DNA of 62,921 bases, counting the filler, from Octopus bimaculoides (lineage: Eukaryota), in NCBI RefSeq assembly GCF_001194135.2. It is 8 parts of 7 records of this genome, joined end to end, with 100 filler letters (N's around TTAATTAATTAA, not from the genome) between each part and the next. Parts side by side here need not be neighbours in the genome. Positions count along the whole stretch, not along the records: positions 10,888 to 35,242 come from NC_068989.1; positions 35,343 to 41,748 come from NC_068991.1; 6 more parts are not named here. One strand, given 5' to 3'. The notes below the pieces were generated by a model. It searched no databases and was not told where the DNA came from. It worked only from the letters and a program-made list of their open reading frames with translations. Of this stretch, positions 26,481 to 40,025 are shown piece by piece. Made by a program: the position numbers and the translations under genes. Within the stretch, counting starts at the first letter, position 1. Every line of letters starts with the position of its first letter.

Positions 26481-26704
26481 TTTATTTTCACAATTGTGAC
26501 TAATTGCATTATTTACATTTCTTTTCTTGCTAATCGCACAATTTACATTTGCATTTTATGCACTAAAGTGGAAGCTTATATTTTGAGTTGTTTGTTCCCC
26601 CATCTTCTGTATTTTTTCATTTTAAAAAATGCTATTAGAAAATTAACTTTCTTTTTATCTTCAAATGTGATATTACTTTTGTGAGGAATATCCAAGTATT
26701 ATAG

Positions 26705-27045
26705 AAGGTAAAAAGAAAGGGTAAAGACCCCACTTTGGTCATGTATGGGCATGGGATTCCACCTAGAAAGTTCCCCTCCAAGGCACAAGTCCAGGCAAGA
26801 TTATTTATGGAAGACCAGCAGTTGCCCATATATACCACTCTCCATGCCACTGATGTTGTCCAAAGAAAAGGCAAAGGCTAATGCAGCTTAGCACCAGTGA
26901 TGTCGCAACTCATTTCTACAGTTGAGTGAACTGGAGCAACATGAAATAAAGCGTCTTGCTCAAGAACGCAATACAGCCTGGTCCAGGAATCAAACTCATT
27001 ACCTATTGATTGTGAGCCCAATACTCTCCACTAAACCATGTACCA
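26705..27045 (-). mobile_element. tRNA-derived SINE with CORE-like central domain
   Basis: Minus strand has a tRNA-like head then ttgagcaagacgctttatttcatgttgctccagttcactcaactgtagaaatgag, resembling the CORE consensus. Confidence 0.7.
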
Positions 27046-27231
27046 GAGCAATAAAAAAGATTGGGAACCACTGGTCTCAGAGGAAAGTGTGTCTATTGTG
27101 TTCCTATCTTTATTTGTTTTGATTATAGAAAAATGTTTAATATGTGAATTTGATTGCCACTGCTATGTGACTATCAAATCGATATTGTAATGCTACTGAT
27201 TACTTTATTAACTCATCATACACTACACTGC

Positions 27232-27375
27232 GGAGGCACAATGGCCCAGTGGTTAGGGCAGCGGACTCGCGGTCATAGGATCGCGGTTTCGATTCCCAGA
27301 CCGGGCGTTGTGAGTGTTTATTGAGCGAGAACACCTAAAGCTCTATGAGGCTCCGACAGGGGATGGTGGCGAACT
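27232..27375 (+). mobile_element. SINE 5' part (third family), young
   Basis: Near-identical to 46397-46540; A and B boxes tggcccagtggttagg / ggtttcgattccc. Confidence 0.85.
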
Positions 27376-27444
27376 GTTTTGCTACTTGAAAATAAAGACA
27401 TATAAAAGCACTGTGGATCAGTAACTTGAAGAAGAGATAAGAAA

Positions 27445-27692
27445 AAGCATTCAGTACTGAGCACTCCACTTACATACGTACCCTTAAAGTAGTTCTCAGT
27501 GAGATTCAACGTGATACAGAATGTGACAAGGCCGATCCTTTGAAATACAGTTACTACCCATGTTTGCCTGCTGAGTGAACTGTAACAACAAGAAATAAAG
27601 TGTGTTGCTCAAGAGCACAACACACCGCTGGGAAACTCATGACCTTACGACCGTGAGCTGAATACCCAAACCACTAAGCCATGCACCTTCAT
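27445..27692 (-). mobile_element. Older SINE, CORE-like head with third-family tail
   Basis: Head resembles 26900-27045; tail resembles 47170-47280. Confidence 0.6.
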
Positions 27693-27949
27693 GAGACAGC
27701 ATGGATATCTATATGCTTAGACATTGACTCTAGCTCACCCAAGGGTCATTGACATTAGTGAATTTTTTTTTTTCTGAATTGCATTAAAAACTATGAGGAC
27801 ACAATACCATACAAAGTAATAGGCTGCGCAAACTTCAGCATCTTTGAATATATTGAAGAATGTGAGAATTCTGACTCAACCAGCTTTAAATTGGACAGAA
27901 TATATAAGGCATCTGACGAAATTTCTATTGGACACCGACTAGTTATCAG

Positions 27950-28590
27950 ATTACAAAAGCTCAGATAATTTCTTCAAAGAATTTATTTTCTGGGAATTCC
28001 CAAAACTAAAGAGGGTATTACGTGAAGATGTTCATAGGTCACCATTTATAAGGATGTGGTGTGGAAAGAAGAGCGATAAGATTTGAGTAAGTAGAAAAAG
28101 TAACTATTATTCCTCACATTATAACAACAGAAGATTGCCAAAGGGAATGATGTTAATACTACAGTCTGGAACAGACATTCAAAGGACTTCAGTTCCACTG
28201 GGTCTGATAATGTGGCTGTGGTCTGCTGTCTGTTGCTGCAACGATGAAGACAGATGACACTGGTTGAAGAAAGCTGTGTGATTGGCTGGTATTTGTCATC
28301 AGCAGCTGGTCTAAAGACAAAGAGCAGCAGAAACTCGTGTTTATATAACCATGGGTAGGCTCCACAGGCAAAAAATGGTTTTTCCCACGTTGGGAACAAA
28401 CACACGATTGGACTGTTAAAACTGACCAATACCTACCTGCAATTAAATAGGCCAACAACTGGGTCATGTGACTTGATGCTAATGCAGCAGAATGTACAAA
28501 GAAAATGCAAAAATATAATATACAAGTGATATAAAAAGTGTACATACAAACAGATGCAGACAGTTGAAAACGGAAATGTCAGACCAATCT
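27950..28590 (+). mobile_element. Very decayed Gypsy RNase H region
   Basis: Fragments resembling GLxxVLLQ and KMQKYNIQVI*K...DAD; heavily disrupted. Confidence 0.35.
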
Positions 28591-28923
28591 TGAAGGTTAA
28601 AAAAAAAATGAACAAATGGCAATAAGATCAGTGTACATACAGAAAAATACATCAAAACTGATTGAAAAAGGTTGGGTACCAAAAATAAAATAATGTGCAG
28701 AGAATGCATTAACCGATAACTGTAGTATAAACCACAATATTAAAAATAAAATGTCCATTCAGACTTGGCTGGCCAATGTACATTTCTTCCACTTTGTGTA
28801 ACACAAGCTGGGAGGTGTAGGATCTATAGGTGGTAATTCAACGTATAAAGAAGAAGAATGTCATTGCTTGGTAGCTGGATCCAAAAAAGCTCGCTTAACG
28901 CAATTGATGCTAGCAGTCTAGTT

Positions 28924-29070
28924 CAGTGGTTCCCAAGCGTTTCACTACCAAGGACCCCTTTTATTTAAATGAGCTTTCCCACAGACCCCAGGGTATTGAA
29001 AGGTCTGTCAGCTTAACATGTTCACAAACCTCCAGGACTACCTTTGCGGACCTCAGATTGAGAACCACTG
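28924..29070. mobile_element. hAT (Charlie-type) MITE
   Basis: TIRs CAGTGGTTC...GAACCACTG; 8-bp TSD gtctagtt 28916-28923 / gtgtagtt 29071-29078. Confidence 0.85.
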
Positions 29071-29249
29071 GTGTAGTTCTTGCCATTTATGTTTAAAACC
29101 ATGAACTTTGGCTTAACTTTTACGACTCGATAAGGGCTAATGTATGATGGCTGCAGAAATTGTTTGGTTTGTCTGAAGGTACAAAGGATTTAATGACCTG
29201 TGGTCTGGGGACCAAGGGAGGTAACTCTCTTAGGGATTTCTGCAAACAA

Positions 29250-29800
29250 TGCAAATAGTCTGTCGGATGCTGGTGAAGAAGAAATCATCTGACCAGCACC
29301 ATACAATAATTCAGCTGGCAAAAAACCAAAGTTTTCCTTCACAACCGAATAAAGACCCAATAAGACGATCGGTAGTAATTCCATCCAGCTGTCGGAACCA
29401 AGGTAAAAGTGCAGAGTGGCCTTCAGTTGCTGATGAAAACACTCAATCATCCCGTTAGACATAGGGTGGTATGCAGTGGTACGAATCTGCCATGTACCAA
29501 ATAAATTGGAATACTCAGAAAAAAGGTTTGACTCAAACTGTTGACCGTGATCTGGAGTGATGGAAAGTGAGTTCCAAAACACAAAATCCAACCAGCTACG
29601 AGAGCCTTCATGACTGAAAGTGATGAAATATCTTTGAGAGGAATGGCTTCAGGCCAACGGGAAAAAAGGTTGATACAAATCAAGAGCTGGTGGCAAAGGG
29701 CTGATGATATCGATGTGAATATGCTTAAACCAAGCATTGGGTGTGGAAAAAGTATCTAGAGGTGCCCTAACATGACGTACTTTGGTCTTCTGGCAAGACT
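29250..29800 (-). mobile_element. Gypsy integrase (rve) relic
   Basis: HIHIDII.., INLFSRWPEAIPLKDI, ITPDHGQQFESNLF, RTTAYHPMSNGMIECFHQQLKATL, AELLYG; frameshifts. Confidence 0.92.
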
Positions 29801-30123
29801 CTTCATGTGAAATTATGTGTTGGAACAGATATTGTTATGTGTAGTGATAGTCATCTTTTGCCAATTAAACACACGCACTATTTATCTTCACTTCAGCTTT
29901 ATTTTTATTTAATTTCTTTGTCAAAACTCTTCCAAATGGAATAAGTAGAACAAGAGGAAACACATGGGATAAAGAGTTGTTGAAGAGGTCACAGAATATG
30001 TGATGAAAGAGATTTGGCACAAAAAAACTAAAATGATAATAATAATAAAGCTAAAATGAAGAGCAAATTTATAGTGCATGTGTTGAATTGGCAAAATATG
30101 ACCATCCCCAAGGATAACAATAT

Positions 30124-30320
30124 CCTTTACTTGTTTCATTTAACAGTGGCCATACTGGGGCACAGCCTCGAAGGGTTTTAGTCAAACAAATCGACCTTAG
30201 GACTTATTTTTTTGAAGCCTAGAACTTATTCTACTGGTCTTTTTTGCCAAACCACAAAGTTATGAGGATGTAAATACACCACTACCAGTTATCAAACAGT
30301 GATTGGGGGTAAACACATAC

Positions 30321-30374
<54 letters not shown>

Positions 30375-30524
30375 GACAGGCTTCTTTAGTTTCTGTCCAC
30401 CAAATCCACTCAGAAGGCTTTGGTTGGCCAGAGACTATAGTAAAAGACACTTGCCCACGCAGTGGGACTGAACCCGGAACTGTGTGGTTGAGAAGCAAGC
30501 TTCTTATCACACAGCCATGCCTCT
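30124..30524 (-). mobile_element. Full-length SINE (head, internal microsatellite, tail)
   Basis: Head 30365-30524 with A/B boxes, (TA)n spacer and tail matching 1-160. Confidence 0.85.
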
Positions 30525-31826
30525 AGAATTTAAGTATCAAGATTTGACGAAAGGCTGATCATTATACCAATCTATTCAGCTTCATTACAATTAGTCCTGG
30601 GTATGACTTTACATCCAGTAGAGGAGCCCTGCTTCAGAACTTCCAGGATTTTGAGGAGTGTAGAACCATCCCTTAGTCACTGTTGTTCCCAGGTCTACTC
30701 TGACCCAGAGTTGTAACACCTATCAAGGTCCCTGCTATGGGTTAAATAGCATGTAACCACCTGAGCCAGGGTACGTTGAAATAAATTATGGGATGCAGCA
30801 TGGTGGATGTGAACTATTTTGGTAGATAAACTTATTGAATCAATGGTAAATATTTCTAGATGCTGTGGAGTTGAACACATAACTGTCAATGGCCGGGATC
30901 AACCAGTTCAGTCAGTAAAGTACTACTATCAACTGTAGTTGTGGCATGCGCAGGTGAGATATTCCAGCTAGTGAAAGAATAATATGATTTTCTGCCAGGC
31001 AATTTGCCTGATTCAGATTTGGTCAATTAGAATAAAGTGTCCTCTCTAGTTAGAAAGTGTGTGTATGAAATTAACCTTATAATAATATAGATTTGATATT
31101 TAGTGCACAAAAAAGTTGCTTAACACTCAATTAAAAAAAATATCAATAAAAAAATAATGATCATCAATAACAGAAAAACAGAGTTGACATTTCAACCTTA
31201 TCCTTATTTTCGTAAGAGTAGAAAAACAAAAGCAGTAATTATAGAGAAGCTGAAACAACAAAGAAAACAATGAAGAAAAGACAAGAATAATAATGGAAGT
31301 ATTGGGTAAAAGTTGGGGAATCAACGTTGTGCAAGTAAACGAGACACTTGGCACTTGTCAAGTGAGATCATCTATTTCTGATAAGATGTTGGTGTTATCA
31401 TTGCTGTTATTGACAACTAACTGAGGAGGCCTTTAATCAAAACCTTTCTGGCCATATCCATCCTGCCTTGTTTTCAAGAATAGCGTACTCTAGGATTAGA
31501 TAGTTCAGTTTACTTTCTTTACTTTAAAATGTTAGCATATAATTTGTTCAAGATGAAATGTTTTCTAATGACATTGAGAGTAAGAAAGAGAGAAGATTTT
31601 ATAGTGAAGAATAATAGAGGTGTAGAGGTAATACGAAGAATTATATCTGGCAGCAGGCTCATCATAGATATAATAGATACTGGTCCCAGAGAGATAACTC
31701 CATCTCACCCAAGCCTTTGCCAATTAATTTTCATTGCAGAATTTTTTTTTTTTTTTTTTACAAAATTAACTGACCATGATGATGTTTTCCTCCCTCCAGC
31801 TGTAGAGAGGTTATGTAACTCTGGCC

Positions 31827-31894
31827 ATTTAAGTCTGACGAGTCACCTATTCAGCTAAGAGGTTTATAGGTGCGAAACCAATGGCCATTCTATG
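31827..31894 (+). ncRNA. Type I hammerhead ribozyme motif with a cleavage-site mutation
   Basis: CTGACGA 31835-31841; stem II G(T)CACCTAT/ATAGGTGC; GAAA 31874-31877; stem III CC-AAT-GG; triplet reads GCC rather than GTC; stem I partial. Confidence 0.65.
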
Positions 31895-32289
31895 ACCAGC
31901 CTTAACAAACAACCTCCTAAATATACTAAATATTCTGCTGTGGTGGACAGATCTTCTTGAGTACAGCAAGGTATCAGATATCCTGTCACATTTCAGTCAG
32001 TCCTTGATATATATATANNNNNNNNNNNNNNNNNNNNNNNNNNNNNNNNNNNNNNNNNNNNNNNNNNNNNNNNNNNNNNNNNNNNNNNNNNNNNNNNNNN
32101 NNNNNNNNNNNNNNNNNNNNNNNNNNNNNNNNNNNNNNNNNNNNNNNNNNNNNNNNNNNNNNNNNNNNNNNNNNNNNNNNNNNNNNNNNNNNNNNNNNNN
32201 NNNNNNNNNNNNNNNNNNNNNNNNNNNNNNNNNNNNNNNNNNNNNNNNNNNNNNNNNNNNNNNNNNNNNNNNNNNNNNNNNNNNNNNNC

Positions 32290-35242
32290 TTCTTGCAGAG
32301 AAATGGGTTGATAAGGTAATCGAGGTAGTCAGAATATGTGACAGAGTACTTGAGATTAGACTAGTGCTTCACCATAGGTTAGCTACTGTCATCTCGGCCT
32401 ATGCCCCTCAACCAGGGCTACCGGATGGGCAGAAAGACCAATTCTATGACACCCTGTTGCAAACTACCGCATTGACGAATGACAGGGACCTTCTCTTTGT
32501 GGCTGGTGACCTCAATGGTCGTGTTGGACAACATGCAGGTGGCTTCCATGGAGGCTATGGCTTCGGTTCCCACAATGAGGAGGGAACCAGACTGCTGGAG
32601 TTCTGTGATGCAAACGATCTTATGGTCTGCAATACCAACTTCAGGAAACCAGCCTGTCACCTTAGTCACCTACTGTTCTGGCAGACACACTAGCCAAATC
32701 AACTACCTCCTCGCCAGAAATAAGGAAAGACAATGGCTTATAAATGCCAAAACTTTCCCAGGCAAAGAATGTACTCCTCAACACAGATTAGTAGTTAGTG
32801 ACTTCGGGATCAAGGCTAAATGGTTGCCCAGAAGTAGACCAGCTTGGAGGAGTAGGGTTTGGAAGCTTAAAGATCCTGCAAATGGACAAAGATTTAGAAA
32901 TGTCTTACTCGAAGCATTTGATGAAATAGAATGGGATATAGCATCACACAACATGGAAAACAATTGGAGGTTTCTATGGGACAACCTGCTGAGAGCCACC
33001 GACCAGATCTGTGGCTGGTGCAAAGTCCCCTCTTGACCCAAAGTAACGTGGTGGTGGAACAATGTGGTTGACAGGGCTATTAAACAAAAGAAACAGGCTT
33101 GGAAGGACTGGAAGAACGGAGGTAGCAGGGAATTGTATCAGGCTGCCAGAAGGGAAGCTAGGAGACAGGTTTACTTAGCCAGAGGGGAAGCAGATAAGAA
33201 AAAATTTGCCAATGTTCTGCGCCATGAGGACCAAAGATTTGAAGTATTTCGTGTTGCAAGACTGTGTGAGAGAGAATCGTGATGTCGTAAGAGAGAAATG
33301 TGTCCACTTGGATGATGGCTCATTTGCACTAAACGAGGCTGCAAAGAAAGAGGTTTGGAGACGTCACTATGAGAGGCTGCTTAATAAAGAGAATAAATGG
33401 GAGGAAGAGAGTCTGCTGCATGTTGACCCAACAGAGGGACCAGCTATCCTAATTGACAGTACCTTGGTAGATAAAGCGATCAAGAGTATGAAGACAGGGA
33501 AAGCCCCCGGCCCTTCAGGAATCACTGCAGAGATGCTCAAAATATCTGGCAGTGTCGGCTATAGCCTAGTCACCCGTATAGTTAACCAGGTGATACATGA
33601 AGGAGTCATACCCAATGACTGGTGTAGCAGCACCATAGTCAACTGCTACAAAGGTAAAGGTGACGCTTTAGACACAAACAATTACAGAGGTATCAAGTTG
33701 TTGGATCAGGTAATGAAGGTCACTGAGAGGGTCATAGCCCAATAAATTAGGGAGAGAGTCAGTTTAGATGAGATGCAGTTTGGGTTCGTTCCAGGGAAAA
33801 GCACCACTGATGCTATATTTCTGGTAAGACAGCTGCAGGAGAAATACCTAGCCAAAGGTAAACCACTGTACCTGGCTTTTGTTGACATGAAGAAAGCCTT
33901 TGACAGGGTCCCCCGATCTGGTGGTCAATGAGGAAACTAGGGATAGATGAGTGGTTAGTGAGAGCTGTGCAAGCCATGTACAGGGACGCTGTCAGTAAGG
34001 TGAGGGTTGGCAACGAGTACAGTAAAGAATTCCGGGTAGAGGTAGGGGTCCACCAAGATTCAGTACTCATCCCCCTCCTATTTATCATAGTCCTCCAGGC
34101 AATAACACAGAAATTCAAGACGGGATGCCCCTAGGAGCTCCTCTATGCTGATGACCTTGCCTTAATTGCTGAGTCACTATCAGAACTAGAGGAGAAGTTT
34201 CAGGTGTGGAAGCAAGGACTAGAATGGAAGGGCCTTAGAGTCAACCTAGCTAAAACCTAAGTCCTATTAAGTACAAAGGTAGACAAAACACAAACCCCTT
34301 CAGGTAGATGGCCCTGCTCGATCTGTAGAAAAGGCGTAGGTAGAAACTCCATAAGATGTACCCAGTGTAAGCTATGGACACATAAGAGGTGCAGCAATAT
34401 CAAAGGAATGCTAACTAGCAAGATAGTTTTTGTATGTGGCAATGTTCAGGAGCAATAAACACTGAAAATGTGCAGAAAACATCCTTTGCCACACTCCAGG
34501 GAGTAAAACTAGAAGTAGTTGATAGCTTCCGCTACCTAGGTGACCAAGTTTGTAGCGGGGGTGGGTGCACTGAAAGTGTAGCTGCTAGAATAAGAATAGC
34601 CTGGGCAAAATTTAGAGAGCTCTTACCTCTGTTGGTGACAAAGGGCCTCTCACTTAGAGTAAAAGGCAGACTGTATGACGCATGTGTACGAACAGCCATG
34701 CTACATGGCAGTGAAACATAAGCCATGACTGCTGAGGATATGTGTAAGCTTGCAAGAAATTAAGCCAGTATACTCCAATGGATGTGTAATGTCAGTGTGC
34801 ATACTCGACAAAGTGTACCTTGAAAGAAAAGTTAGACCTAAGAAACGTCAGTTGTGGTGTGCAAGAGAGATGATTGCGCTGGTATGGACATGTGACAAGA
34901 ATGGATGAGGATAGCTGTGTGAAAAAGTGCCACACCCTAGCAGTTAAGGGAACCTGTGGAAGAGGTAGACCCAGGAAGACCTGGGATGAGGTGGTGAAGC
35001 ATGACCTTCAAACTTTAGGCCTCACTGAGGCAATGACCAGTGACCGGGACCTTTGGAAATATGCAGTATATGAGAAGACCTGGCAAGGTAAGTGAGAGCA
35101 TAATCTGTGACCTCTGCCAGAAGTGTAGCCAGCTCACTTATTCGTATCTTTACTTCATTGGACACTAAAAACTCTGCTTGCAAAGACCTGTTGAGGCAAA
35201 TGAATTTGGAATTTGAAATTTGAAATCTGAAATCGAAATTGA
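32290..35242 (+). mobile_element. Near full-length decayed RTE LINE (AP endonuclease, RT, 3' UTR)
   Basis: VISAYAPQPG, FVAGDLNGRVG, NYRGIKLLDQVMKV, FGFVPGKSTTDAIF, YADD 34144-34155, MLHGSET, RWYGHVTRM; in-frame stops and frameshifts; both ends lost in gaps. Confidence 0.95.
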
Positions 35243-35519
35243 NNNNNNNNNNNNNNNNNNNNNNNNNNNNNNNNNNNNNNNNNNNNTTAATTAATTAANN
35301 NNNNNNNNNNNNNNNNNNNNNNNNNNNNNNNNNNNNNNNNNNACACACACACACACACACATACACAATCCATATATTTACTTCAACATTCTCTTTTATT
35401 CTATTACATGTTTTACATGTTTCAACCAATTGGACTGCGGCCATGCTGGAGCACTGCCTTGAAACATTTCGTCGATAAAATCAATGCTAAGCAAAAAGCA
35501 AAACAGAAAAGAAGTGAAC

Positions 35520-35670
35520 AGGAGTGGCTGTGTAGTAAAAAGATTGCTTAACAACTATATGGTTTTGGGTTCAGTCCCACTACGGGACACTTTAGGCAAG
35601 TATCTTCTACTGTAACCTCGGTCCTTGTGAGTGGATTTGGTAGAGGGAAAGTGAAAAAAGCCCGTCGTAT
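35520..35670 (+). mobile_element. SINE head (a reverse-strand SINE tail lies at 35390-35495)
   Basis: ggagtggctgtgtagtaa...gggttcagtcccact...ggcaagtatcttctact. Confidence 0.75.
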
Positions 35671-35779
35671 ATATATATATATATATGTTTATATATGTAT
35701 GTATGCATGTATGTATGTATGTTTGTAAGTATGTCTATATATTATAAAGCACATTTATATCCATGTATATATACATTGC

Positions 35780-35795
35780 TAGATAGATAGATAGG

Positions 35796-35845
<50 letters not shown>
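35780..35845. repeat. (GATA)n microsatellite
   Basis: Direct reading. Confidence 0.95.
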
Positions 35846-35846
<1 letters not shown>

Positions 35847-36712
35847 GCATGTATATTAGTGTGTGTATGTATGTATATATGTATGTATGTATGCATGTAT
35901 GTATGTATGTATCCGGCGTGACATTCTTTTTATCCAACAAGGAACTCTTATCAGGCTGGACTGAAGAATGTTGTGACGTCATGAGGGCAATCATCTTTGC
36001 TAAATGACATGAAGTCTTGTTTGTTTTTCTCTTGTTGCTTATCGCCAGTATAGCAGCACTGTTTGCCGCAACTATGTATGTGTGTGTGAAAGGCTGTGAA
36101 TATATTGGTGTGTGTATGTGTGTAAATGGGTGTGAATGTAAGTTAGGACTTAGTCTATATACACAATAACAGAATATATCTGAAGATACTGAAAAACAAT
36201 AAACGAGTGTTATTTTGATTTCCTTAAGATGTCTTATCTCTCTCTGACCCGGAATTTCTCGTGTGTGTGTGTGTGTGNNNNNNNNNNNNNNNNNNNNNNN
36301 NNNNNNNNNNNNNNNNNNNNNNNNNNNNNNNNNNNNNNNNNNNNNNNNNNNNNNNNNNNNNNNNNNNNNNNNNNNNNNNNNNNNNNNNNNNNNNNNNNNN
36401 NNNNNNNNNNNNNNNNNNNNNNNNNNNNNNNNNNNNNNNNNNNNNNNNNNNNNNNNNNNNNNNNNNNNNNNNNNNNNNNNNNNNNNNNNNNNNNNNNNNN
36501 NNNNNNNNNNNNNNNNNNNNNNNNNNNNNNNNNNNNNNNNNNNNNNNNNNNNNNNNNNNNNNNNNNNNNNNNNNNNNNNNNNNNNNNNNNNNNNNNNNNN
36601 NNNNNNNNNNNNNNNNNNNNNNNNNNNNNNNNNNNNNNNNNNNNNNNNNNNNNNNNNNNNNNNNNNNNNNNNNNNNNNNNNNNNNNNNNNNNNNNNNNNN
36701 NNNNNNNNNNNN

Positions 36713-36751
<39 letters not shown>

Positions 36752-36756
36752 ATATA

Positions 36757-36903
36757 TGACGGACTTCTTTCAGTTTCCGCCTACCAAGGCTTTGGTCGGC
36801 GTGAGGTCGTCATAGAAGACACTTGCCGAACGTGCCAAGCAATGGGACTGAACCATGAATCATGGGGTCGGGAAGCAAGCTTTTTACCACACAGCCACGC
36901 CTA
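36757..36903 (-). mobile_element. SINE head
   Basis: Reverse complement of the 35520-35670 family. Confidence 0.75.
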
Positions 36904-37013
36904 TATGTGTGCGTGTGTGTGTGTGTGTGTCTATGTATGTGTATGTGTATGTATATATGTGAGTATATGGGTATGTACATTTATATATATATATATGTAT
37001 ATATATGTGTGCA

Positions 37014-37047
<34 letters not shown>

Positions 37048-37094
37048 TGTGTGTGTGTGTATACACACATATATATATATACATATGTAGGACG

Positions 37095-37730
37095 TTCAAC
37101 ATTCCAGTGAAGGGGATTTGAAGGGCGAAGGGGACGAAGGGGTGGAAAATGGAGGACGAAATGCCTCACTACTCAAAGGTAACAACGAGGATTATGTTCC
37201 TTGGCAATGGGCTTTTGACTTCCCGCTGTGCCACCATATTCTAGGCTCCAAAATGCTTGCAGGGACCTCCTGAAATATAAACATGGCCCTGAAATCTACA
37301 TTCTGGAATTAAGTATGTTCCCTGGTTCGTGGAAAACCTTTAGGATTCTCGCCCGTCCCGCTAAGCATAATTTGCATCGGTTTGTCCCGTTAATGTAAGG
37401 GCCTGGGTTCTCAAGTATTTTCCATGAGATCGAGTATGGAATCCCATCGTCTCTCAATTGCCATACATGGATTGCTAATAATGTTACGTATCTCCTTTCC
37501 GGAACTCTGACGGAGGAATTGTAGCTGGAGAGACGCTGCTTGAATGAGTTTCCGAGGTGGGACGTAGTAACGGTAATGGTATTTCCACTGCCGATTTATG
37601 TTTTTTATGTATTTGATATGTACTTCAGTTATTTCCCCTAACGAAGTGATTCCCGCTATTATCTATGGGTCAGACAAAATTCACAACTTTTTTACATTAT
37701 ATATTTTCTGTAGAATCTTTCGTTAAGAAA
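37095..37730 (-). mobile_element. Penelope-like element relic: GIY-YIG endonuclease and start of 3' region
   Basis: KT*IG...NSFKQRL...LAIHVWQLRDDGIPYSISWKILENPGPYINGTNRCKLCLA...GNILNSR; downstream sequence homologous to the arms at 42271-42436 and 42743-42930. Confidence 0.85.
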
Positions 37731-37802
37731 TATATATAAATATATATATATATATCCTAGCATGAGCTAAATATTACTTTGAATACAGGTCTTTACAATT
37801 CA

Positions 37803-37867
37803 ATACATACATACATACATACATACATACATACATACATACATACATACATACATACATACATACA
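37803..37867. repeat. (CATA)n microsatellite
   Basis: Direct reading. Confidence 0.95.
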
Positions 37868-37904
37868 TGCATGCATGCATATTCCCGAACACTGACATAC
37901 ACAC

Positions 37905-38090
37905 AGGGCGGCGAGCTGGCAGAAACGTCTGCCGTTACGTTCTAAGTTCAAATTCCGCCGATGTCGACTTTGCCTTTCATCCTTTCGGGGTCGATAAATT
38001 AAGTACCAGTTACACATTGGTTTCGATGTAATCGACTTAATCCCTTTGTCTGTCCCTTCTATATTTAGCCCCTTGTGGGCAATAAATAAC
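37905..38090 (+). mobile_element. SINE, second family, with internal deletion
   Basis: ggcggcgagctggcagaa...gagttcaaattccgccga.gtcgactttgcctttcatcctttcggggtcgataaattaagtacc. Confidence 0.85.
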
Positions 38091-38422
38091 TAACTAACAT
38101 ACACACATATATTTGTGTCTATTTTATACAATATATAGTATCTAATACATTATGTAATATGTATATATATATTGCGTAATATTAAATATATATACATATA
38201 TATCATATGATACGCATGCAAATTATGCCTAACAATATATCTCTGTGTGTGTAAATATACATGGGTGTGTGTGTGTACACATATATACATATGCACACAC
38301 ATGCACTTATACACACATGTGCACTATGTATATGGGCGTATCTGTGTCTCTATTTTCACCCTTAGTATCTTGTCTCTCATAGTGTCTATTGTATAGTATA
38401 TATGTATGTGTGTATGTATGTA

Positions 38423-38470
<48 letters not shown>

Positions 38471-39774
38471 NNNNNNNNNNNNNNNNNNNNNNNNNNNNNN
38501 NNNNNNNNNNNNNNNNNNNNNNNNNNNNNNNNNNNNNNNNNNNNNNNNNNNNNNNNNNNNNNNNNNNNNNNNNNNNNNNNNNNNNNNNNNNNNNNNNNNN
38601 NNNNNNNNNNNNNNNNNNNNNNNNNNNNNNNNNNNNNNNNNNNNNNNNNNNNNNNNNNNNNNNNNNNNNNNNNNNNNNNNNNNNNNNNNNNNNNNNNNNN
38701 NNNNNNNNNNNNNNNNNNNNNNNNNNNNNNNNNNNNNNNNNNNNNNNNNNNNNNNNNNNNNNNNNNNNNNNNNNNNNNNNNNNNNNNNNNNNNNNNNNNN
38801 NNNNNNNNNNNNNNNNNNNNNNNNNNNNNNNNNNNNNNNNNNNNNNNNNNNNNNNNNNNNNNNNNNNNNNNNNNNNNNNNNNNNNNNNNNNNNNNNNNNN
38901 NNNNNNNNNNNNNNNNNNNNNNNNNNNNNNNNNNNNNNNNNNNNNNNNNNNNNNNNNNNNNNNNNNNNNNNNNNNNNNNNNNNNNNNNNNNNNNNNNNNN
39001 NNNNNNNNNNNNNNNNNNNNNNNNNNNNNNNNNNNNNNNNNNNNNNNNNNNNNNNNNNNNNNNNNNNNNNNNNNNNNNNNNNNNNNNNNNNNNNNNNNNN
39101 NNNNNNNNNNNNNNNNNNNNNNNNNNNNNNNNNNNNNNNNNNNNNNNNNNNNNNNNNNNNNNNNNNNNNNNNNNNNNNNNNNNNNNNNNNNNNNNNNNNN
39201 NNNNNNNNNNNNNNNNNNNNNNNNNNNNNNNNNNNNNNNNNNNNNNNNNNNNNNNNNNNNNNNNNNNNNNNNNNNNNNNNNNNNNNNNNNNNNNNNNNNN
39301 NNNNNNNNNNNNNNNNNNNNNNNNNNNNNNNNNNNNNNGTGTATAAACATAAGAGAGTTGTTGAATACTTTCTATTTTATTTTCGACAACATATAAAGAA
39401 GAGTTGATGATTTTAGAGAATTCCTAAGCAGGAATTTCGTATTTGGGTTGATTGTGGTCAAGTAAATACATGTTGTTTGTACAGACCCAAACAACAAATA
39501 GCTTGTCTGGCTCTTTGAGCGGCAATGAAATTATGTGTGTGTGTATGAATAAGTGTATATATGTATGTATGTATATGTGTTTGCGTAGACGGGAAGTGTA
39601 TGCGTGTGCTGATGCTTGTGTATGAATTTTTAGTGCTAATAGCAGTGTGTACACACGTTTGTATGGATGTCACTGGTCCTATATTCACGTGCTCCGTCTT
39701 CACGTACAAGTACGTGTCTGTATGTATGTGTTACATTTGTGTGTGTGTGTGTGTGCATGTCGAAGTGTTAGTAG

Positions 39775-39945
39775 GTGCAGGTGTGGCCGTGTGGTTGGGA
39801 AGACCATATGTGCTTCCCAAGCTTATGGTCTTGGTTCAGTCCCACTTCGGGGCACCTTGGGCAAGTGTCTTTTAATATAGCTCCGGGCGGAACAAAGCCT
39901 TGTGAGTGGATTTACTTGATGGAAACTAAAAGAAGCCCGCCATAT
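39775..39945 (+). mobile_element. SINE head
   Basis: ggtgtggccgtgtggtt...ggttcagtcccact...gcaccttgggcaagtgtc. Confidence 0.8.
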
Positions 39946-39994
39946 ATATATATTATAATGTGTGCTTCTCCCGATTTATGTATCTCTACAAACG

Positions 39995-40025
<31 letters not shown>

